This document shows positions 41,269 to 51,300 of a DNA stretch of 64,000 nt, in pieces. Location: assembly GCF_000315625.1 (NCBI RefSeq), contig NW_005434536.1, forward strand, positions 90,383-154,382, written 5' to 3'. The notes beneath the pieces were generated by a model. That model saw nothing but the letters and a program-made list of their open reading frames with translations, was not told the DNA's origin and searched no databases. This DNA comes from Guillardia theta CCMP2712 (taxonomy: Eukaryota > Protista > Cryptophyta). Both the position numbers and the translations under genes were made by a program. Position 1 is the first letter of the stretch. Each line of letters begins with the position of its first letter.

Positions 41269-42450
41269 CTACTTGCGATTTCGGCGTGTCTTCCTGCCTT
41301 TCTTTTTGTTGCCATTATTGTTCTGGGCAGGTTGGTTATTGCCCTTCTTGTTCTGGCCCGGTTTCTTCTTGCCCTGTTGCTTTGTGCTTGGCAGGATGAC
41401 GTTCCTAGCTTTGGCCATTTGTTGTAATTCTGTCTCACCGACTGTGACACCCACACCGGGTGTCTTCTGGCCCTTGTTTTTCTTCTTATGAGCATTCTGT
41501 GTTCTCTTGGCGTTCATAGCCATGGTACGTGCAATAGCTAGCTCTGGGGGTAGCTTCCTTGAGATGGGGCTTTCAAAGAGCTCGAGAGCCTTGATCTGCT
41601 TGATGATATCATCCCTTTTTTTCTCCCTCTTTTCTCTTTCATTTTTTTGGTAAACGGTTTCCTCGAGATTCACATTTTGATTTTGAATGGTCGATTTCAG
41701 AGTTCTGATGCGGTTTTTGATGACTTTTTCGTTAATTTTGATGATCTCAGCCGTCTTCTTCAAGGCAGTTTCGGTTGTATCGAGCTTCTCAGCCGGCATA
41801 GAGGTTATCTTCATACCAAAATACATCTGGGTGCCGATGCATGTCGCATCAAACATGGAATCGCCGTGTGTTGCCATTGGTATGTCACTCTCGTTTCCAG
41901 CTGCCTGAGCACCATCGCCGCCAGCCCTCAGTGCTTTGATCCTTTCGATCGTCTTTTCGATGTTCTTCAACGTGATGGCGAGGTTTACGTCGCTTTTGGT
42001 CAGTGCGATGAGTAAATCATCGAGATTCGTTTCCTTGTGGACCTTGCCGTAGTATATACTTGGTCCACTTGTTTGCATCGTACTAATGATTGACGGTTTT
42101 CCCGGATTTACCGTCATTAGAGGTCCATAATCTGTATATCCTTCACGGGGTGTAGTAGTGGGGGCGTAACCTGAATTGTTAACTACCAAGTTTGTTAGAG
42201 AACTTGTTATCTCTTTTCTGTGTTTCTCGATCAAAGTTTCCAACGAAATCATTTTTTCCCTCATCACATCTGGTGATGGGTTATTCATAATTTCGTTCCT
42301 TAGACGGTTCACAGACTCCTTGAATGATCTATTGTTGTCCTTCTTTTCTTTAACCTTATTCTCAAGATTGGTCACGATTTGAGCATTCAGCCTTACAAGA
42401 TCACTGTATGAGATCAGGTCGATCTTCTGACCGTCGTTGTACAGGTACAT
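41269..42450 (-). CDS. coiled-coil protein with very basic C-terminus
   Basis: ATG 42450 follows TATTTAAA (~42489-42496); ends KKKGRKTRRNRK. Confidence 0.75.
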   Translation of the reverse strand: MYLYNDGQKIDLISYSDLVRLNAQIVTNLENKVKEKKDNNRSFKESVNRLRNEIMNNPSPDVMREKMISLETLIEKHRKEITSSLTNLVVNNSGYAPTTTPREGYTDYGPLMTVNPGKPSIISTMQTSGPSIYYGKVHKETNLDDLLIALTKSDVNLAITLKNIEKTIERIKALRAGGDGAQAAGNESDIPMATHGDSMFDATCIGTQMYFGMKITSMPAEKLDTTETALKKTAEIIKINEKVIKNRIRTLKSTIQNQNVNLEETVYQKNEREKREKKRDDIIKQIKALELFESPISRKLPPELAIARTMAMNAKRTQNAHKKKNKGQKTPGVGVTVGETELQQMAKARNVILPSTKQQGKKKPGQNKKGNNQPAQNNNGNKKKGRKTRRNRK

Positions 42451-42588
42451 CGTACAACCGTGCCCTTCCCGACGCGTGTGCAATGATCTTTAAATATGCG
42501 GCAGGGTGCATCGACACCGTGCAGCAAGTCCTTTTAGGCTCAATCCACGGAGGTCGCTGGGTGAGGGGACGAAGGGGGAGGGGAGGGA

Positions 42589-42960
42589 ATGAAGCAGGTC
42601 GACCTGACCCGCAACCAGCTGGTGGTGGCGGGCAAGGCCTGGGAGCATGAGCGGAGCCCGTGCTGCCGTGACATGATCCGGCATCTGGTGAGGAGGGAGT
42701 GCTACTGCAGCTGGTTCCAGCCGTCGGGCGGGGGGCTGCAGGACCAGTTCCAGGCGATCCGGATGGGGGAGGGCTACTACACCCTGAGCCTCAGGATCCA
42801 GAAGGCCATGTTCCGGCACGTCCGCCTGACGAAGGGCTTCCGCAACGTCGAGCGCCTCCCCGACGGGAGGCTGAAGCTCCGCATCCCCACGCAGCTCCTC
42901 GTGGAGAAGAAGCGCACTGCAACGCGGTTTACCGTGAGTCGTTGGGAGGGGTGTATTTAG
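42589..42960 (+). CDS. hypothetical protein
   Basis: GC3-rich 123-aa ORF. Confidence 0.6.
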   Translation: MKQVDLTRNQLVVAGKAWEHERSPCCRDMIRHLVRRECYCSWFQPSGGGLQDQFQAIRMGEGYYTLSLRIQKAMFRHVRLTKGFRNVERLPDGRLKLRIPTQLLVEKKRTATRFTVSRWEGCI

Positions 42961-42991
42961 AATCTGCGCGGGTGACGATGAGCTACAGGTG

Positions 42992-43291
42992 ATGCGCTCC
43001 AAGTCGGGCGCGCCCTGTGGGGTCGGGAAGCCGTCCTACTCCAAGCGCGTCAGGCTGGAGCGCAAGGCCGAGGCCTCCGACCTCATCGACCTCACCGACA
43101 TCATCAACGGCATCCTCGGCCCCGCTGCTGCCGACTCCCGGCCTAGCTATACTGCCTTTTTTTTATCTGAAGCCGAGACCGCCGAGCACGTCGTCCAGCA
43201 CCTCTTCCGCGAGTGCCCCACCCTCACCCGCGACCGGATGGAGTTCGTCAGGTCCATGACGCGGTTGTATGATAAGATCGTTCAAAACTAA
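42992..43291 (+). CDS. hypothetical protein
   Basis: GC3-rich ORF. Confidence 0.6.
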   Translation: MRSKSGAPCGVGKPSYSKRVRLERKAEASDLIDLTDIINGILGPAAADSRPSYTAFFLSEAETAEHVVQHLFRECPTLTRDRMEFVRSMTRLYDKIVQN

Positions 43292-43310
43292 TTTTACTTA
43301 TTCAACAAGC

Positions 43311-44276
43311 CTAGTGCATAGCGTATCTGTCCAGCATCGAGGAGCTCAGCCTCCCATCCCCGCCGTAGACCGGGACACGGATGCCGATGGTGTCGTAGGG
43401 GCATGGCTGGAAGGGGCTGCGCATGTACTTCTTTGAATTTTTTAAGTCTTGAATAGCCCTCTCCGCCTCTCGTCTGGCGTTATGCTTCGCAAGATTTGCT
43501 TCGGTCTCTTCCTGCCTTTGTTTAGTTAGTGCTTTAATCTCCTCCGTACTCATGTTTCGAAGTCCGTGTGGGTCCTTGTGGATCAGGTTGTTCGCATGTT
43601 TGGTGGCTTTCTTAATTCCACCCACCACTGCACTCCCAGCATTTCTTATCTTATCCATCCATTTCCCACTCATGCACGGCAGGTGGTGGATCAGCGCGGG
43701 GTCGGCGGCGATGACGCCCTTCATCGCCTGCCACAGGCCGTCGCGGAGGTGGGCGTTCATGTCATCGAGGACATCCGGGTCCTGCATGATCGTGAGCTTC
43801 AGGTGGGTGAGGTCCGCGGGGGAGACGGTCCTGCAGCCACGGATGGAGGCACCGAAGTGATTGCTTGCAGTGGCTGCAGCAGGCTGGTTTTCCTCCGATT
43901 CTTCCTCGGAAGTTTCATCTCCTTCCTTCGTCTTCTTCTTAAGTTTTTCCCTTATATAATCGGCGGCTTTCGTCGCCTTATCCTTTGCATAATCGTAAGC
44001 TGCCTTCCCTTTCTTCTTTAACCAATCCACCAATCCCGCCAGCGTATGCCTATCCAACCTATCCAGGATGTCGGGATTCGCGGAGATGAACTCCTTGACG
44101 TCCTCCCAAAGCTGCCCCTGCAGGTGGTCGTCGATGAGGTCGAGGACCTCCGGGTTGGACGAGATAGAGCTCATGAGCTCGAGATGGGAGTCAAGGGTAG
44201 GAAGGGTAGAATGACAGCGGTAGCGTTCATGGAACGGTTGATAGAAGTACCCAGGTTGCGGTGCCAGCAGGGCCAT
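43311..44276 (-). CDS. two-module protein, each module followed by a cationic amphipathic helix
   Basis: Duplicated HL...PxVLD...HL...LW...I.A.P domain; CATTTAAG upstream. Confidence 0.7.
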   Translation of the reverse strand: MALLAPQPGYFYQPFHERYRCHSTLPTLDSHLELMSSISSNPEVLDLIDDHLQGQLWEDVKEFISANPDILDRLDRHTLAGLVDWLKKKGKAAYDYAKDKATKAADYIREKLKKKTKEGDETSEEESEENQPAAATASNHFGASIRGCRTVSPADLTHLKLTIMQDPDVLDDMNAHLRDGLWQAMKGVIAADPALIHHLPCMSGKWMDKIRNAGSAVVGGIKKATKHANNLIHKDPHGLRNMSTEEIKALTKQRQEETEANLAKHNARREAERAIQDLKNSKKYMRSPFQPCPYDTIGIRVPVYGGDGRLSSSMLDRYAMH

Positions 44277-44389
44277 GGCGGTCGGGCGGGCACTTCTGCG
44301 CAGGGGGGCGAGGCAAGTCCTTAAATGGTACGATCGGGTGTTGCGGAATTCCATCTTTCTCTTACATTCATTAAACAAACTTTCGCATT

Positions 44390-46026
44390 CTACACCAACC
44401 CCTGGTACGCAAAGATGTCCTTCTTGACCCACTCCGTCACACTTAGGGTGATCACGAGGGTGAAGACGAGCAGGAGCACAGCCGTCTGCTTCATCGCCGT
44501 GACCGTGTGGATGTTGAGCGCTGCCCTGTCATTGATGAAATCGGGGAGCATGTACACGGCAAACAGCCCGAACACAAAGTACAGCCAGTTGTAGAAGAGG
44601 ATGTAGCTGTAGGCCGTGATGCTCTCCGTGGGCACTGCCGTGAAGATGAGCGCGACGAGGATGAAGAGCTGCACGTACGTCACCATGTCCTTGTACCCCT
44701 GGTAGTGGTCGTACACGGCGGATCCCTTCATGCCCAGGTCGCCAGAGAGCCTCAAGGACCGCGTCCAGAACGACGTCATCCAATCGTTCGACATGCTCAC
44801 GACAGTGAAGAAACCGACGAGCACGGCGTAGTAGTACAGGATGCCGTTGTCGGTCCACTGGCGCGTCAGCACCGTCCCGATCGAGAGCGCGACCATCGCC
44901 GGGACCAGCATCACGTCCAGCCAGAGCTGCTCGAGCTGCGCCTGCGAGTTCAGCGAGTCCGAGACCTTGTAGACCGTGGCGTCATTGGCATCCCTGTACG
45001 CAATGGTGTAACTGTCATGCTCGCCGTTCACCATCATCTGCAGGGCATCGACGATGTGGGTCTTGCTGCTCTGGTAGAAGTACGGAATGACGAGGACAAA
45101 CAGGATGACCAGGAACACAGACATCAGGGACAGCGTGGTCACCGGGTCGAAGTTGCAGATGTCCTGGTCGCAGGAGTTCTTGATGCCCAGGAAGAGGCCC
45201 GTGAAGACGATCACCACGATAAAGGTGAGGACGAAGTATAAGACGAGTTTCCGGAGCAAGGACTTGGATTCGTCAAGGGCTGTCTTGGGATCAACGTTAT
45301 TTTTAATCATTGTCTTGATCGTCTCCGAGTTGCTGCTGTGCAGGAAGTTGGCCATGACGATGGCTGAGGTGGCGACGAACATGAAATAGTAGAAATAGTA
45401 GAGGGGTCGGTACGCCGTCTTCACAACGTCGTACTGGTATGGCATGTCGCCCTCGTAGGCGCAGAAGTGGATCATGTCCTTCACCTCAGATAGGGTCGGC
45501 GATGTGGTCTGCGTCGACACCCAGGTGTTGCCCAGGGCGTGGGCCACCTGCGCGATGCAGTTGCAGCCACCCGGGACCCACACGGAGTTGTTGACCGAGA
45601 CACCCGCCAGGGTGTAAGGGTCGTGCTGGTGCGGGACGTGCTTGTCGGTGATGTACTGGTCGCACTTGGCCCAGTGCCACAGGGCCTGCACTCGCGACGA
45701 GGAGGTGGAGCCGGTGGTGATGGCCTTGAGTGCATCCTCCAGCCCCCCGTACTCGTTCCAGGGGCGCAGGGTGTGCGTGACGATGCTGGTCGGGAACTCG
45801 CGGGTCTTAAAGTCCAAAATAAGAGAGGTGATGGCGAGGGCGACGGTGGCAGCGAATAGGAGCGCGGCGATGTACCCATTCACGATCTTCCAGCTGTGGT
45901 TTATCGCAAACACGTGGACGATCGCGTTCTTGTCGTCTTCATCGGCCTTGTTCGAGGTATTGTAAGGTGAATAGGGGATCTGCGATATGGCGTCCCGGGA
46001 TAGGTGGGCTTCTTCACCACCACCAT
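44390..46026 (-). CDS. multi-pass membrane protein (probable frameshift ~45985)
   Basis: 507-aa ORF with ~9 TM segments and a Cys-containing loop. ATG 46026 lies 40 nt after ATTAAAGAAG, the same motif and spacing as the gene starting at 55707. Confidence 0.7.
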
Positions 46027-46066
46027 GCGTGCCCCGTTTCTCGCGCCCCGCAATGTCTTCTTTAAT

Positions 46067-47488
46067 GCTGACATGTCACGGGCCTGCTGACACGGTCCGC
46101 TGACCGGTCACGGCCGCCCGGAGAGATCAGGCCCCCGGCCAATCTCCGGACACTTAGCCTCCTGGCGGGCCTCCAGGGGGTCTGAGGCGGGGCTGAAGGC
46201 TGCAGTCGGTCTACTGACCGGCCCGGCCGGCAGGATCCGTCGAGAAACAGGGGGGTCAAGGGAGGTTTTCTTCCCCCTGGGAGAAATGTCCTATGGGTTT
46301 TTGGATCTGCGATATAAAAAAGTCTTGTCTCGGTCACGTGATGTGTCACGTGACCGGTCAGGTGAGCCTGTCAGCCGGGTCACGGCCCCTGTCAGCCGGC
46401 TGACATGTCACGGGCCTGCTGACACGGTCCGCTGACCGGTCACGGCCGCCCGGAGAGATCAGGCCCCCGGCCAATCTCCGGACACTTAGCCTCCTGGCGG
46501 GCCTCCAGGGGGTCTGAGGCGGGGCTGAAGGCTGCAGTCGGTCTACTGACGGGCCCGGCCGGCAGGATCCGTCGAGAAACAGGGGGGTCAAGGGAGGTTT
46601 TCTTCCCCTGGGAGAAATGTCCTATGGGTTTTTGGATCTGCGATATAAAAAAGTCTTGTCTCGGTCACGTGATGTGTCACGTGACCGGTCAGGTGAGCCT
46701 GTCAGCCGGGTCACGGCCCCTGTCAGCCGGCTGACATGTCACGGGCCTGCTGACACGGTCCGCTGACCGGTCACGGCCGCCCGGAGAGATCAGGCCCCCG
46801 GCCAATCTCCGGACACTTAGCCTCCTGGCGGGCCTCCAGGGGGTCTGAGGCGGGGCTGAAGGCTGCAGTCGGTCTACTGACGGGCCCGGCCGGCAGGATC
46901 CGTCGAGAAACAGGGGGGTCAAGGGAGGTTTTCTTCCCCCTGGGAGAAATGTCCTATGGGTTTTTGGATCTGCGATATAAAAAAGTCTTGTCTCGGTCAC
47001 GTGATGTGTCACGTGACCGGTCAGGTGAGCCTGTCAGCCGGGTCACGGCCCCTGTCAGCCGGCTGACATGTCACGGGCCTGCTGACACGGTCCGCTGACC
47101 GGTCACGGCCGCCCGGAGAGATCAGGCCCCCGGCCAATCTCCGGACACTTAGCCTCCTGGCGGGCCTCCAGGGGGTCTGAGGCGGGGCTGAAGGCTGCAG
47201 TCGGTCTACTGACGGGCCCGGCCGGCAGGATCCGTCGAGAAACAGGGGGGTCAAGGGAGGTTTTCTTCCCCCTGGGAGAAATGTCCTATGGGTTTTTGGA
47301 TGTGCGATATAAAAAAGTCTTGTCTCGGTCACGTGATGTGTCACGTGACCGGTCAGGTGAGCCTGTCAGCCGGGTCACGGCCCCTGTCAGCCGGCTGACA
47401 TGTCACGGGCCTGCTGACACGGTCCGCTGACCGGTCACGGCCGCCCGGAGAGATCAGGCCCCCGGCCAATCTCCGGACACTTAGCCTC
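46067..47488 (+). repeat. tandem repeat, 332-bp unit, ~4.3 copies
   Basis: Near-identical units; ORF echoes are spaced 331-332 bp. Confidence 0.97.
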
Positions 47489-48379
47489 CCCTCCAGACCC
47501 CTTCCAGTGACCTTGTGAGGACGAGGCGGGCTCGGTCGGGGTCCAGATAGACAGATCTGAGAGCCTGCAGGGTCCTCCGCGTGATATATATGCTGAGGCG
47601 GGCCCGGTCGCGGGACTTAGCGTAGAAAAACGGCGTTTTTCCCCAGACAAACTCCCCTCCAGACCCCTTCCAGCGACCTTGTGAGGACGAGGCGGGCTCG
47701 GTCGGGGTCCAGATAGACAGATCTGAGAGCCTGCAGGGTCCTCCGCGTGATATATATGCTGAGGCGGGCCCGGTCGCGGGACTTAGCGTAGAAAAACGGC
47801 GTTTTTCCCCAGACAAACTCCCCTCCAGACCCCTTCCAGCGACCTTGTGAGGACGAGGCGGGCTCGGTCGGGGTCCAGATAGACAGATCTGAGAGCCTGC
47901 AGGGTCCTCCGCGTGATATATATGCTGAGGCGGGCCCGGTCGCGGGACTTAGCGTAGAAAAACGGCGTTTTCCCCCAGACAAACTCCCCTCCAGACCCCT
48001 TCCAGCGACCTTGTGAGGACGAGGCGGGCTCGGTCGGGGTCCAGATAGACAGATCTGAGAGCCTGCAGGGTCCTCCGCGTGATATATATGCTGAGGCGGG
48101 CCCGGTCGCGGGACTTAGCGTAGAAAAACGGCGTTTTTCCCCAGACAAACTCCCCTCCAGACCCCTTCCAGCGACCTTGTGAGGACGAGGCGGGCTCGGT
48201 CGGGGTCCAGATAGACAGATCTGAGAGCCTGCAGGGTCCTCCGCGTGATATATATGCTGAGGCGGGCCCGGTCGCGGGACTTAGCGTAGAAAAACGGCGT
48301 TTTCCCCCAGACAAACTCCCCTCCAGACCCCTTCCAGCGACCTTGTGAGGACGAGGCGGGCTCGGTCGGGGTCCAGATA
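47485..48379 (+). repeat. tandem repeat, 166-bp unit, ~5.4 copies
   Basis: Near-identical units; ORF echoes at 47617, 47783, 47949 and 48115. Confidence 0.97.
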
Positions 48380-51300
48380 CCTTTGGCACGGGTCTCGTCA
48401 CCCCACTCTCGCATGTGCAGGCTGTGCCATTCCACATCTACTCCTCCAGTCCAGTGGTGACTACGGTGAACGGCACGATCTACGCAGTGGACCAGTCTGC
48501 ATCGGCCGTTTTGCAACAACTATCGATTATTGCGGGTGTGGCGCAGCAGGCGGTTTCGACCACGTACGACAGCGTGAGTGCGATGCTGGTCTGGCAGTCC
48601 ACGATCTATGCCTTCGAATATGCGGGGAGGCTACTGACAGCAACAGACCTGGGAACAGGAACCAAGGTCACCGTGGCGGGTAGCTCATCGAATGGGGCCA
48701 CCACCGATGGGACGGGAACATCAGCAGCCTTCGACGCAGTCACTTCTATGGACATCAACGGGGATGGGGCTGTCATCGTCGCGATACAATCCTCGCAGTC
48801 CGTCCTCCGGATCGTGACACTCTCCACCAAGACAGTCAAGACGTACTCACTGACCTTCACGCCGTTGTTTGCCTCAGCCGTCGGCTCGGGCGACTTCGCC
48901 TGGGTCCTGTCTTCTACGGACCTCTACCTTGTGAAGCTTACGAGCTCTAGCTCCAAAGCAGTAGAGTACCCAATGACACCAGAATACCAGGGGTCTCGGT
49001 ACACCTTTTCCTCGCCCATCGGCATGATGCTGCTCGACACTGAGGTGAAGGTGATCGTGGTGCAGGCAGATGGGACCTTGCTCAACATCGACACACTTTC
49101 GAAGCAGGCCGACCTTCTTCAAACATTCTCTGCAACCAGCTACATGGCAGTGGACACTAGCAAGACGTACGTGCTGCTCTACTCTGTGGGTGCCGCCTCG
49201 CAGGTCGCCTTCCAGTCCTACTTCATCAGTGTTTGTACCCCGTGCCCGGCGGGATTCGCCGCTCAGCCAAATTCGCGGTACTCCTCGGACTGTAGCCCGG
49301 TCTCCTGCCAAACCCCGTTTACGTACCCAATTATGGACGTAGTCCAGTCCTTCCCGATAGTGGACGACGCGAGCAAGCAGGTAATTGGTTACAACTACTA
49401 CTTTCAGGATTGCCTGTGCAATCCGGGGTACGTTGGCAGCGACAACACATCTTGCGTCGCTTGCCCGGCTAACACATACAGCCTGGGTAACGCTGCGACG
49501 ATAGCCGACATATCACAGTGCATACCCTGCCCTTCAGGAACATACTCGGGCGTGGCCAGCCCGGGTGTCGCGTCGTGCATCTCAGCGTACTGCAAGGTAT
49601 CCGGGGCTGTATCGGGCTCGGAGATCATCGTCGATATATCCACAGGTAGGGTGTTTTTGTCATGCACCTGTCCGCCAGGCTACATCGGCCACCCAGACTC
49701 GGGGGAGGCCTGTAACCCTTGTCCCGCCGGGACGTATGCAGATTCCGTGGCGGATGCGTGCATGCCTTGCGCCTCGGACAGCTCTTCTTTACCGGCCAGC
49801 ACTAGCTGCAGCTGCAATCTGCACTACATACCTTACTCTGTCTCACCCCTGTCGAGCGTCTTCCCAGTGATTAGCACGGGCGTTGTTCTTGGGGACACGG
49901 CCGACCGCTGCGTGCTGACCAACAATACCGTTCTGGGTTCCCACTACGTCTGCAACGACCTTTGCGTGCTAAGATCACAGACTCCCTGCCCCGGAGACTA
50001 TGAGTACCTGCCGTTCTTAGGTGCGCTGGCCTGCGCGTGTGTGGAGGGGTACACGAGGGTGAACGGGACGTGCGTGCAGAGCGTTGTCCCGTGCCCTGTC
50101 GGGTATGATACCGTTCAGCTCAATCAGTCCTACTTTTACTGCCGTTGTCCCGTCAACACTTCTACGCATGTGACGCGGCAGAAATGCACGCAGTCCACCA
50201 CTTTCCTCGAGCCCTGCCCGCGCGCACTGGTCAGCGGGCCGGGGTACGGCAACCTCGCCCAATGCGAATGCAGTGACGGCTACGTCATCTCCAATGACAT
50301 TTGCGTCCCCTGCTTGGCGGGAACGTACCAGCTCGGTAACAGCTGCGAGCAGTGCGGGTCGGGGCAGTTCTCCATCAATGCTTCGACCTTCTGCTTCTGC
50401 TCTGCGGGATACGAGTTGATCAACGGGAACTGCTCGCTTTGTCCTGTCGGGTACTACAAGCCGATCTACCCACCCACTCTCTGCCTCAGGTGTCCCAACG
50501 GTACGACCTCGCAGGGCCTCGGATCCACGTCCGTAAACGACTGCGTGTGCCGACAGGGCTACTACCAGATGTATGGGGAGTGCATGGCCTGTCCGAGCGG
50601 AAATACCAGAACGTGACCGCTGGGCCTTGCATTTCTTGCCCCTACAACTCGTACAGCCTGCCCGCATCTTCGTCGATCTACGACTGCGCTTGTTTCAAAG
50701 GCTTCCTGAACGGGCTGAAGATATGCTCGGTTTGCAGCAGCGGGTATTACTATGACGGTGTCTCATGCGCGGCGTGCCCCATGGGGACCAGCAGCCTGCC
50801 ACAGAGCTCGGGGGTCACCTCGTGTTACTGTGCCAAGGGCTACACCGGGACGAATGGGATGGACTGCCAACCCTGCAGCCCGGGCTACTACAAGGACATC
50901 GATGGGTCCGCTGCCTGCACACTCTGTCCGGCCCACTCCCAGACCGTAGTGCCCGGTGCGGCGGACGTATCACAGTGCTTCTGCGATGCCGGCTACGGGG
51001 GGACAGGTTCTAACCTGTGCGTGCCCGGCGTGCCCTGAGCAGAGCTACAAGTCGGAGGTCGCATCGACCGCATGCACTCCATGCCCGGACCATTCGAGCA
51101 GCACGCAGGTGGGAAGCACATCGTACTCATCCTGTGTATGCAATGTGGCTTACACCACCAGAAAGGGCGTTGCGTACCTAGTCCTATGGGTACGTACGGG
51201 AAGGGCTGCCAGGCGTGCCCGACTCACAGCAGCACGCTTCTCACTGGGACTCTCAGCATTGAAGGCTGCCTCTGCAACCCGGGGTATCAGCCCGACGCCA

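Noticed and set aside
46062-48519. Repeated 107-aa and 121-aa ORFs (MTHHVTETR..., MSGEKRRF...), the former also at 59322-63846
   Set aside because: They are translations of the non-coding 332/166-bp units, use non-ATG starts and are broken by homopolymer variants.
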